Source of the DNA: Carcharhinus amblyrhynchos | Taxonomy: Eukaryota | Assembly (NCBI GenBank): GCA_965287045.1 | Contig: OZ336877.1 | Span: 51,150,001 to 51,214,000, forward strand | Reading direction: 5' to 3' | DNA: 64,000 nucleotides | Part shown: positions 11,706 through 22,830 of the stretch, one piece after another | Numbering within the stretch: the first letter of the stretch is position 1 | Layout: each line of letters starts with the position of its first letter | Program-made: the position numbers and the translations under genes | The notes under the pieces: model-generated | Databases searched by the model: none | What the model was told of the DNA's origin: nothing | Seen by the model: the letters and a program-made list of their open reading frames with translations, nothing else

Positions 11706-13009
11706 ATTTAATTTGCCCAAAATCAGTCAAAAGCAATTTATAGCTTCTGAGGGTTTACTTCTGTTCTTTTCCTTTCCCAGCCTGGTACTTCTAACCCCAG
11801 AAGAGTATTACCAGACATTCTCCCTCTAACTCAAGCTAGGCAACTCTTCCAACTTTATTTTCACTCCACGTGAATTTGGTCCTTTAAATCCAAGCACAAG
11901 CTTCCACCCTCGGTGAACCATAGACAATTTTGGCCTCTTACTGCTTAGCCTTTCCTAGACGCTAGCAGACTAACTTGTCTATGCGTTTTCAGGGAAATCT
12001 TAGAGAACTTGCCAGCAGCCCCCCCAAAACCATTTGCATGGCAAAGTGAATCACTTGGGCCTTGTATCCAGTTGAAATGCTGATTAATTATTCTCAAGGC
12101 CACAACTCTTTTTTAACTTTGAAGTAACTGGACAATTTAGAGCACAACTGTTCACAATCTACCATTCTCAACACTTTTTTGGGATGTTGAAGACTCTTAG
12201 TCTATCTACTGTTTGCATGCAGGTTTCTGCCATTGTCTCCAAGTTTGCATCCTTCCAGTAAAACAACATGGGTTGCCTTTAATCTCAAACAGTCAAGTCG
12301 CACAGGCTCACTGTCAGGCAGACTTCAAAACAGGTCACACAGTCCCCTTCATCTTACCTTAGTTAAAGGCAGTCCCAAAACATAATTTTATAAATCTAAT
12401 AATTATAACAGAGTTACAATTATTTGGTATTGTAATGCAGAAGTACTGAATAATAACTAGCAAAAATATATCAATTGTGGCTTTATTCTTTAGTATTTTT
12501 GTAGAATCTGAAATGCACCAACTTATAGCTTATTTTGTTGTCCCTCTTCATGTAGGTTGTAAATTGTGGCTTATACCATGAAAACAATATGCAGAAAGGA
12601 GACAGGACCCAAGAACCACCTCAGCTGGTACAGGGATTGAACCCATTATTCTACACCCATTCTTTTACCCATTATTCTACACCCCACTCTAGTTACCTGA
12701 GTAAACAATCCCGTCCTTTCTCTTAATTCAGCATACTTCAATGAACTGTACCTTATTAATTTGAAGGTAAGTACCCAAGTATCTACAGTAAATGAGCAAC
12801 AAAAACTGTAACCATGTCAAGTACTTGATTCTTTGGAAGTTGTAACATTAAATTGTTTTTGACACTTTATTGTGTGACCATTCAAATGGTGTAATAAGAT
12901 AAAGTTATTATCTTATATAACTTCTTAATCTTATAAATTTATCTACAACCATAACTAAAGACAACAAGGGTTATTTGAACTTTGGATGATAGTGTAACAT
13001 GGATATCAT

Positions 13010-13140
13010 GAAGGCCCACCTTCTCAACCTTGCCCCTTGCCTGAAGTGTGGTGATCCTCAGGTTAAATCATCACCAGTCAATTCTCCCCCTCAAGAAGAA
13101 GAGCAGCTGTGGTCATCTGGGACTATGGTGACTTTACTTT
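13010..13140 (+). mobile_element. Short LINE 3'-end insertion with a 14-bp target-site duplication
   Basis: aacatggatatcat (12996-13009) and aacatggacatcat (13141-13154) flank an element ending in actttacttt. Confidence 0.75.
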
Positions 13141-13571
13141 AACATGGACATCATCCAGCTGCCCTGTCCTGATTGGCACCTTGTTGGATTGACAGAGGGT
13201 GAATCACTAGGACCTGTTTTTGTACTATCATCCAAATTTGAAATTATCCCATCATGCTTTAAATTGTTTTCCATAAAACATCAGTCAGAATAAGTATGTG
13301 CAGCATTCTGATGGAGAGAACATATGAGTACTCATGGGTGCAAAGAGGAATGAAGTTCACATTTTAATCACTATATATTTTTTTCCAGATCCAATTGACA
13401 CAAACCAAAGAATTAACAACAACAAAATTCAAAGAATAAACGTGTGATGTACGTGATTAAATATTCCAAAAACAGCTCGAAACTGAGACTGAGCATTCCT
13501 GCTGAAGGATCCACTCTATGAGTTAAAGGTTGATACTGCAGAAGAAAAAGAAACAGGAAGAATGCTTGTCA

Positions 13572-14020
13572 ACTATGACTCAATTGATAGCACTCTTGCC
13601 TGATTCTGAAGGTTGTGGGTTCAATTCTCTCTCTGGAGACTAGAACCCAAGAATTTGGGCTGAAACACCAGAGCAGCAGTGGGGAAATATTACATTGAGA
13701 AGGTGCTGATTTTGGATGAAACATTAATCCAAGCTGCTATTTGGTGAATGTAGAAGATCCCATTGTGCTACACTGAAGAATAGCAGGGAATTTATCCCTT
13801 CCATCCCCAGCAATGTTTATCCTGCAATCAAAATTACACATATTACCTGGTCAGTATCACATTATTGTTTGAGGAATTGGCTGTGCAGAAATTGGCTGCT
13901 GTATGTCATATTAAAATTCTATTAAAACAGTGACTGCTCTTCAAAAATATTCCACTGGCCATAAAACCCTTGGGATATTCTGAGGTTGTGAAAAGTGCTA
14001 TATAAATGCAAGACTTTTTT
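13572..14020 (+). mobile_element. SacSINE1-like DeuSINE, near full length
   Basis: tRNA-like head (ctcaattgatagcactcttgcc..ggttgtgggttcaa), Deu-like core (gatcccattg..gaagaatagcaggga..attggctgctg) and an L2-like tail gtgaaaagtgctatataaatgcaag. Confidence 0.75.
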
Positions 14021-14127
14021 TAATAAATGAGAAAACACATTTTTATTCCAAAAAATTGTTACAGGTAATCAAAATATCAATTTATATATGGTACATTTGG
14101 CTAATGTTGTGGAAGGGCCTTACACAA

Positions 14128-14350
14128 GACCATAAACCATAAAACATAGAAGCAGAATTAGGCCACTCAGCCCATCGAGTCTGCTCCATCATTCAATCAT
14201 GGCTGATACTTTTCTCATTCCCATTCTCCTGCCTTTTCCCCATAATGCCTGGTACCCTTATTAATCAAGAACCTATCAATCTCTGTCTTGTAACACCAAT
14301 GACTTGACCTCCACAGCCTTCAACGGCAAAGGGTTCCACAGATTCATCAA
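14128..14350 (-). mobile_element. CR1/HER1 3' end
   Basis: Reverse complement of the tail atcagccatgattgaatg..gggctgagtggcctaattctgcttctatg. Confidence 0.8.
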
Positions 14351-15439
14351 GGTGGTACTTTGAATAAGGAGGGAAGCACATCAGCCACTGAAAATGGAAT
14401 CCTCATCTCTTAACTTCCACCGAAAAATCTAGAGAGTTCAATGCTGTCAGTGCCAATATCTTGGAAGAACATAGAGGATAGTTACTTACTTTAATACATG
14501 CTGGATAACCAGCTTTATTAGACAGTGATTTTTCTATGCTCTCTAGGTGAAGTTTCGTAATATTATGCATTATTGTGTGTCATGTTAGGTATTATTGTAC
14601 TTCACAATGACATTGACAATGGCATAATGGCCCTCCTCCAAAAGGCTCTGGTATGATCGTGGTACAGAATATAGACATCTGTCGCTTGTGACGGATTTAT
14701 ACCATGGTTTGTTGATGCAGAGTCTTCAGCTCATATGGTGTAAAATATGCAAGATCCTGTGAAGGGTGTGGTGTTAATTGAAGGGTTAGAATGCTATTCA
14801 GCAAGACAGTACAAAATCTGCTCCATACAAGTGTTCATTCACTCCTTCTTGCCAAGTAATATGACATCCTCTTGTGCCCAAGCACTGTCTAAGAGATATT
14901 TGTTGCCTTGAAGATGGATATAGTGGAGCTGGAAAGGATCACTTATCAGTAGACATGAAGGGCACTGTTGCAGAATACTGTTTAAAAAAGACATAAAATA
15001 ACTTATGAAGTTCCAGTGTTTCAAAGAAATATAGACACAGTATTTTCATCGTGTTAAGTATGACTTTACACATTAATAAGTTTATTGTTAGTGATTATGA
15101 GAAGTATTTGTTCTATAGGAGAAAATTGTTGTAAAAATATTCCCACTTACCAATTGAGGCTCTGAAGAAACGCTTTCTTCCCTGAAACAGCTTTTTGGTC
15201 AGCTCATGTGTTGCTGTCTCTTGGTGCAGCATGTTTTGGTTCATTGTCCTTAGCTTCCATTTTTTCTATAACCTCCACTTGAAGTGACCAATTCATTCTC
15301 TACATTTACGTGACAATCATGGCATTTTAGAAATGACCTCCTTTTCCACCATAATGCATGTACATTTTTCGTTTACATTTCAGAAATTGATTAACTGAAC
15401 AGATTAATTTTGAGCTTAGCTTTCAAGTTCAGTTGAGGA

Positions 15440-16400
15440 ACATATGAACATGAGAAAAATGGCATAGGGCCCTTTGAGCCTGCTCCATCAACCAATCAGA
15501 CTATTACTGCTTTGATCTTGGCGTCAACTCCATTTTCCCGTTTATTCCCTGTAATACTGGACTCCTGTATAGTTCAAAGATCTGTCCAGGACTCAGCCTC
15601 CATTGCTCTCTGGGGTAGAAAATGCCAAAGATTCACAACCCTTAGAGAAGAAATTCCTCCTCTTCTCATTCTTAAATGGATGACCTCTTATCCTGAAGCT
15701 ATAGCCCCTAACTATAGGTTCCCACATGAGAAGAAGCATCTACCCTATCAAGCTGTCTCAAGAAATTAATATCTTTCAAAAAGATTATCTTTTCAATCTT
15801 CTAAATTCCAATAGATATAGGCCCAACCTGATCAACCTTTCTTATAAGACAACCTCTTCATGTTAGGAATCAACTTAGTAAGCCTTCTCTGAAATGCTTC
15901 CAATTCAAGCATATCCCTCCTCAAATAAGGAGATCAAAACTCAATGCAGTACACTAAATGTGGTCTCACCAAAATCCTGTATGATCCTAGCAGGACATCC
16001 CTACTTTTACATTCTACCTCCCATGTAATAAAAGCCAACTTTCCATTTTTTTTCATAATCACATACTGTACCTGCATGCAAACCTTTTATGTTTCATGTA
16101 CAAAGTCAGTGGATCCCTCTGAACTACAGTGCTCTGTGGTTTCTCTGCATTTAAATAACATTTTGCTTTTTTATTTTATCTGCCAAAGTAGATCACCTCA
16201 CTTTTCCCATATGATGCTCCATCTGCCAAATTTCTGCCCGTTCACTTAACCTATTTACATCTGTATGCAGGTTCAGTGTCTTTCTCCTAACTGGATTTAG
16301 AACCAATCTTTGTATTGTCAGAAAAGTGGGCTAGAGAGCACTTGGTCCCTTTATCTAAATCATTAATTTAGATTGTAAATGATTGAGAATCCAGTGCTGA
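15440..16400 (-). mobile_element. Degraded CR1 LINE, 3' portion; continues at ~18350-18500, 19236-19330 and 19440-19487/20099-20370
   Basis: The reverse complement aligns with the plus-strand CR1 copies (for example gcagtacactaaatgtggtctcacc). It is interrupted by younger insertions. Confidence 0.8.
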
Positions 16401-16407
16401 CTGCTGC

Positions 16408-18348
16408 AGCATTCAAAGGGTATCAGACTGTTTGGAAGGACAGACAGGAAGGTAAGGAAGGTGGAGTAGCTCTGATATTTAAGGCTGACATCAGGGTGAT
16501 AGTGAGAGATGATATCGGTTCTATGGAAAAAAAGGTTGAATTCATTTGAGTGGAAATTAGAAATAGTAAGGAGAAAAAAAATCACTGATAAGTGTAGTCT
16601 ATAGGCCACCAAATAATAACTTTATGGTGGGGCGAGAAATAAACAAAGAAATAAATGATGCATGTAAAACTGGTACAGCAATTATTATGGAGGATTTTAA
16701 TCTACATATCAATTGGTCAAACCGGGTCAATCAAGATAGCCTTGAGGAGTTGTTCATAGAATGTATCCGCGATAGTTTCCTTGAACAGTATGTAATGGAA
16801 CCTACAAGGGAGCAAGCTATCCTAGATCTGGTCCTGTGCAATGAGACAGGAATAGTCAATGATCTCACAGGAATCCTCTTGGAAGAAGTGATCACAATAT
16901 GGTTGAATTTAAAATACAGATGGAACGTGAGAAGGTAAAATCCAATACCAGTGTTAAACAAAGGAGAGTACAATGGAATGAGGGAAGAGTTGGCTAAAAT
17001 AGAGTGGGTGCAAAAGCTTGATGGTGGGACAATTAAGGAACACTGGAGGACTTTCAACGTGATTTTTAACAGTGCTCAGCAAAAGTATATACCAGTGATA
17101 AGGAAGGACTATAGAAAAAGGGATAATCAGCCATGGATATGTAAGGAAAAAAAATGAGGGTATTAAACTGAAAGTAAATGCATACCAAGTGGCAAAGATT
17201 AGTGGAAACTAGAGGATTGGGAAATCTTTAAAGGTCAACAGAAAGCCATGAGAAAAAATTATAAATAAAAATAAGATGGATTATGAGAGTAAACAAGCTC
17301 AGAATATAAAAACAGATAGCAAAAGTTTCTACAAATATATAAAATGAAAAAAAGCAGCTAAAGTAAACATTGGTCCTTTAGAGGATGAGAAGGAGGCTGT
17401 AATAACTGGAAATGAGGAAATGGCTGAGGCATTGAACAGGTATTTTGTGTTGGTTTTCACAGTGGGAGACACAAATAGTATGTCAAAAATTGATGACAAG
17501 GCGGCTATGGAAAGTGAGAACCTAGAAACTATTATCATGAGGTAGTATTGGGTAAGCTAATGGGGCTAAAAGTAGACAAGTCTCCTGGCCCTGATGGGAC
17601 ACATCCCAGGGTACTAAAAGAGATGGCAGAGGGACCTGGGTGTGCTTGTGCAGGAATCACAAAAAATTGGTTTGCGTGTGCAGCACATAATCAAGAAGGC
17701 AAATGGAACTTTGTCGTTCATTGCTAGAAGGATGAAGTTTAAAAACAGCAAGGTTAAATTGCAGCTGTATAAGGTGCTGGTGAGGCCACACCTAGAGTAC
17801 AATGTAGTTTTGATCTCCTTACTTGTGAAAGAATATACTGGCACTGGAGTGGGTACAGAGGGGATTCATTAGGTTAACTCTGGTGTTGACAGGATTGGCT
17901 TATGAGGAGGGACTGAGTAGACTGGGGCTATACTCATTAGAATTCACAAGAATGAAGGGAGATCTTATAGAAACATGTAAGATTATGAAGGGAATAGATA
18001 AGATAGAAGCAGGGAAGTTGTTTCCACTGGTGGATGAAACTAGAACTAGCGGGCATGGCTTCAAAATAAAGGGGTGCAGATTTAGGACTGAGTTGAGGAG
18101 AAACCTTTTCACACAAAGGGTTGTGAATCTGTGGAATTCCCTGCCCCGTGAAGCAGTTGAGGCTACCTCATTGAATGTTCTTAAGGCAAGGATAGATACA
18201 TCTTTGAACAGTAAAGGAATTAAGAATTATGGTGAGCGGGCGGGTAAGTGGAGGTGAGTGCACAAAAAGATCAGCCATGATCTTATTGAATGGCAGAGCA
18301 GGCTTGAGGGGCCAAATGGCCTACTCCTGCTTCTGGTTCTTATGTTCT
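16408..18348 (+). mobile_element. CR1 LINE with APE endonuclease remnant, internal deletion of the RT core (~17628) and intact 3' tail
   Basis: DFNLHINW and EPTREQAILDLVLCNE (APE); LYKVLVRPHLEY and RLGLYSLE..FTQRVVNLWNSLP (ORF2 C-terminus); tail tcttatgttct. Confidence 0.92.
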
Positions 18349-18564
18349 AATAATTACAGTTTGCCAACCTGAAAGGTACCCATTTATCCTGATACTCTTT
18401 TTCCTGTTAGTGAGCCAATTTTCTATCCATGCTAATATATTATCCACAGCACCGTGGGCTTTTACCTTGTGCAATAATATTTTTCATGGCACCAATAATA
18501 TTTTTCAAGTTCCTCCCTCCCTTTGTCCTTTGATTTTCTACTATTACAAAGAAATGCCTTTTTT

Positions 18565-19235
18565 GATTTGATTTATATCTCATATATTAACATACTGAAA
18601 AGTATTTTTTCTTGCGAGCTATACAGAAAAACTTACCGTTCATTGAGGAGGAAATGAGAGAGTGCAGAATGTAGTGTTACAGTCATAACTAGACTGTAGA
18701 GAAAGATCAACTTAATGCAAGGTAAGTCCATCCAAAAGTCTGACAGCAGCAGGGAAGAAGTTGCTCGAATCGGTTGGTACATGACCTCAGATCTTTGTAT
18801 CTTTTTCCCAAAGGAAGAAGGTGGAAGAGATAATGTCCGAGATGTGTGGGGTCCTTACTTATGCTGGCTGCTTTGCTGAGGCAGCAGAAAGTGTAGACAG
18901 AGTCAATGGATGGGAGGCTGGTTTGTGTGATGGATTAGGCTACATTCACAACCTTTTTCTTTGTGGTCTTGGGCAGACCAGGAGCCATACCAAGCTGTGA
19001 TACAACCAGAAAGAATGCTTTCAATGGTGCATCTGTAAAAGTTAGTGAGAGTCGTAGCTGACATGCCAAATTTCCTTCATCTTCTGAGAAAGTAGAGGCG
19101 TTAATGAGCTTTCTTAACTATAGTGTCAGCATGAGGGGACCAGGACAGATTGTCAGTGATCTGGACACCTAAAAACTTGAAGCTCTTGACCCTTTCTACT
19201 TTGTCCCCATTGATGTAGACAGGGGCATGTTCTCC
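18565..19235 (-). mobile_element. Rex1/Babar-like (DUF1891-type) LINE 3' fragment
   Basis: The minus strand translates as VKKAH*RLYFLRR*RKFGMSATTLTNFYRCTIESILSGCITAWYGS. Confidence 0.8.
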
Positions 19236-19487
19236 AAATCCAAAATACATTGCAGCCTCTGACTTCTGCCTTATCCACCCTGTTTGTTACATCCTTGGTT
19301 AACTCAAATAAATTAGTCAAACATGATTTTGGTCATTGTTTTAAGAGATCTCTTTTAAAGAGATTAAAAGATGCTTTTAATCTCTTTTACTATGAAGTCA
19401 GATACAAAACACTTGCTCCTAGTCTGTACCATTTCCTTGTTTCCCGTTAGTAAATTTCCAGTCTCAATCTCCAAGGAACCAGCATTT

Positions 19488-20098
19488 AAGTAGGGAGGTC
19501 TTGCTGCAGCTGTATAGGGCATTGGTGAGGCCGCAGCTGGAGTACTGTGTGCAGTTTTGGGCGCCGCACCTGCGCAAGGATATTTTGGCCCTGGAAGGAG
19601 TGCAGAGGAGGTTTACTAGGCTGATACCGGAGTTGAGGGGATTGAGCTATGAGGAGAGGCTGAATAAACTAGGCTTGTACTCGTTAGAGTTTAGAAGAAT
19701 GAGGGGAGATCTCATTGAGACGTATAAGATGATGAATGGGATGGATAGAATAGAGGTGGAGAGACTCTTCCCGCTCAAAAAAGACAGTAGGACTAGGGGG
19801 CACAGCCTCAAGATAAAGGGGAGGCGGTTTAGAACGGAGTTGAGGAGGAACTTCTTCACTCAAAGGGTGGTGAATCTCTGGAATTCTCTGCCCGTTGAAG
19901 TGGTGGAGGCTGCCTCGCTAAATATTTTTAAGAAGCGGGTTGATGGGTTTTTGATAAGAGAAGGGATTGAGGGTTATGGGGAGAGGGCGGGAAAGTGGAA
20001 CTGAGCCACGACAGATCAGCCATGATCTTATTGAATGGCGGGGCAGGCTCGAAGGGCTAGATGGCCTACTCCTGCTCCTATTTCTTATGTTCTTATGT
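19488..20098 (+). mobile_element. Young 5'-truncated CR1 LINE with uninterrupted ORF2 C-terminus
   Basis: 167-aa ORF LYRALVRPQLEYCVQFWAPHLRKDI...GKWN with no stops, retained CpGs and the tail (ttcttatg)2. Confidence 0.93.
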
Positions 20099-20591
20099 AC
20101 TCTCTACCTTATCATATGCTTGTAGAAGCTCTTCCATTATCATTACCCATATCACTACCCTGCGCTATTGCTTTGTCCTTTCTTTTAATTTTTTAATTTC
20201 CTTTCACTTGAACTTTCTCCTTTTCTAAGAAGTTAGTTTAAAGCCCTGTCTACAGCTCGAGTTATGTGATTCACCAGGACACTGGTCCCAGCATAATTCA
20301 ATCTAAGTTCATCCTAAAGGAGCAGCTCCCTCTCCCCCAAGTACTGGTGCCTCTGAGCCATCAGTTGGAACTAATTTCAACTCATGAGACACAACCTTAG
20401 AGACAATTTGAAGCCTTAAATTTCTTTCCCTGTCAGCTCATTTAATGACTTGCATTGGATTTTGGTATTTACGTGAAGAATTTCATCCCTGGTGGTGAAA
20501 GAGTGGGTTTGAATAATTCTATTTAACTTCAGATTGCACATCTTAATCAATTTATTATTGGTGGTCATTTAACATTTTGAATCATATTCAA

Positions 20592-20712
20592 TTCAAAATA
20601 TTAACTCTGCTTTTTTTTCTCCACAGACACTGTGAGTCCTGCTGAGTACATCCAGCATTATCTGCTTTTTTTGTTTCAGGTTTTCAGCATCTGCACTATT
20701 TTGCTTTTATTA
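20592..20712 (+). mobile_element. Solo Penelope-like terminal-repeat fragment
   Basis: ctccacaga..cctgctgag..ccagcatt..cagcatctgca matches the terminal region of the element at 52305-53170. Confidence 0.65.
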
Positions 20713-20924
20713 TATGTAAATGTATGCATAGATATTGGGTGAAGAAAAGAGTTTGCCTTGACATCTTCAACAATTGACTAGTCTGCCAAAGCCCACTGTC
20801 ACACATGAACAATGAGCACTTGGACCAGGTACCTTGGGGCGCAAGTTCTCACAGAGCAATCTCTCCAGGATAGCAGGTGATGAAGGAGAAGTCAAAAACT
20901 GGTGAAAAGGAAGAAAATAATTGT

Positions 20925-21062
20925 GGCTCTGATGAATGGACATCTAGACTCAAAATGTTAGCTCTCTATTCTCTCTCCACAGATGCTGTCAGACCTGCTG
21001 AGATTTTCTAGCATTTTCTGTTGTTGTTTCAGATTCCAGCATCTGCAGTATTTTGCCTTTCA
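20925..21062 (+). mobile_element. Solo Penelope-like terminal repeat beginning with a hammerhead-like motif
   Basis: ctgatgaatggacatctagactcaaaatgtt is followed by ctctccacagatgctgtcagacctgctgag..ccagcatctgcag. Confidence 0.72.
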
Positions 21063-22309
21063 AATAATTGCATATTGTTTTGGCATCTTAACCTTTCTCC
21101 CCGTAATCCGTATAGCTGAAACCTCAAAGGTTTGTTCTAAAACTTTACACATTTAAACTTTTTTTTGTATTTAGCCTTATAAAACATCAAAAGTAACTAT
21201 ATAATTTTAATGAACTCTAGGTCCTTACTTACACGATAGCTGTTAACCAGTTTACCTGGATTGCTAAATCTAATGTAGCATACACTTAATATCTGCTTTA
21301 CCTTTTAAGTAATAGTACTTAATTGTCTCTATGAAAAAGCCAAGAGTTCTACCATCTTCTTTGGAAATTCCAAGTCTGTCCATTTTGTCTCTGAATAAGG
21401 TCCTATCACTATCCATTGTAATTTCTTGTAGCTTTTCTATTTGCCAGAAGTGTTCTCTATCTTTTCCTCTTGAGCTAACGCTTGATTATTTTCTTCTTAA
21501 TCATTGTTAATTTCTACCCAAAAGGCTACTACTGTTGTACCCCCATTATTATATACATCCTACTGACCATTATTCCATCATCTCTTATCCCCCAAAATAC
21601 TTAATTCATTAAATTTATCTGTACAAAATATACTTAATTCTCTTGGTTTCTTTTAAGTACATCTCATAGCTGCAGCCATGTTAAAATGATAGCAATAATG
21701 TAAGTATATTTTGGATACATGTACCTTCAGTCCCAAAAGATTAATTTAGATATTAGCAACCATAAAAATATTTAAATTTGTCCTTCAACTCATTTTTTTG
21801 TTACAACTGCCTTTCTTTCTTTAGTCTGAATATTAATAATTATCTCCTTCCGTTTTTCAAACAGGCACCAACATTTGTTCATCCACATTTAGAGAAGCTT
21901 CAACCACCTCCTTTCAAATGTAGTTCAATGGACTATAGGGTGACTATTTTCTTTTCACTATGTACAATATCATATATCTTAAATTTAAAACATGAACACT
22001 TCACAAGATGAGTACTCATTTCAAAAATAGTAGTTATCTTTTAAGATATATGTATTATAATGTATTCAGTTCTTAAGATGTTATATTGAATTGTGATACA
22101 TAAATGCATCTTTTTTTTAATTCCACACCTTCGCTTCCAGTTCACATTCTTTCTTCTCTTTATATTCAGGTGCCTTTCACAGAATGAAAGAATGGGTAGA
22201 TGATTATGTTCAAGGCTTTTTACCTCTATTCTTTATCTACTGGTTTAGAAATGTGTAACAGCAATCCACTGTGACTCGTTCTCAAATGTTTTCTACACTA
22301 CCCTTTCTC

Positions 22310-22830
22310 TGGTCTGAATTTATGCTCGGGTGTCGAGAATGGAGAGTCAGGAAAATTCACCCGGTTTGATATCCATTCTGGCTGGGCGAATGTTAATGGG
22401 AGTCAGGACCGTTGACTCCAGAAAAAGTGTGGAGGCTGCCAGGTGTGGAGGTGGACTGCCTTCGACACTCTGGCATTTTGTCCCAGCTGTAACAAAAAGT
22501 AAGAAACAAAAAGCAGCCCTCACCCCTTCAATACCCCTTATTCCCCTCCCATGCACACCCATGCAACTTCATGCTACCCACTCTTCTCTCATAGTCCCCA
22601 TACCCTTCATGTCAACATATATCCCTTCACTCATCCTCCATTGGCAATCATAACCCTATGCCAAGCGCTGACCCTCTATCCACCCCATTATGCTTTATAG
22701 CCCTTTTTAGTGCCAACTCATGTCCCCCCTTCCCCCACAATTTGCCTTTACACTCTGCAAGCCAGTTCACCCAGTATTCACCAGGGACACACATCAGGAT
22801 CCATGCTGAGTTGAGATTAAGTAGTTCTAA
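22310..22830. repeat. Degraded interspersed repeat with a C-rich low-complexity interior
   Basis: Starts ggtctgaatttat and is followed by a C-rich tract. The architecture resembles 60880-61430 and 62098-63000. Family unknown. Confidence 0.35.
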
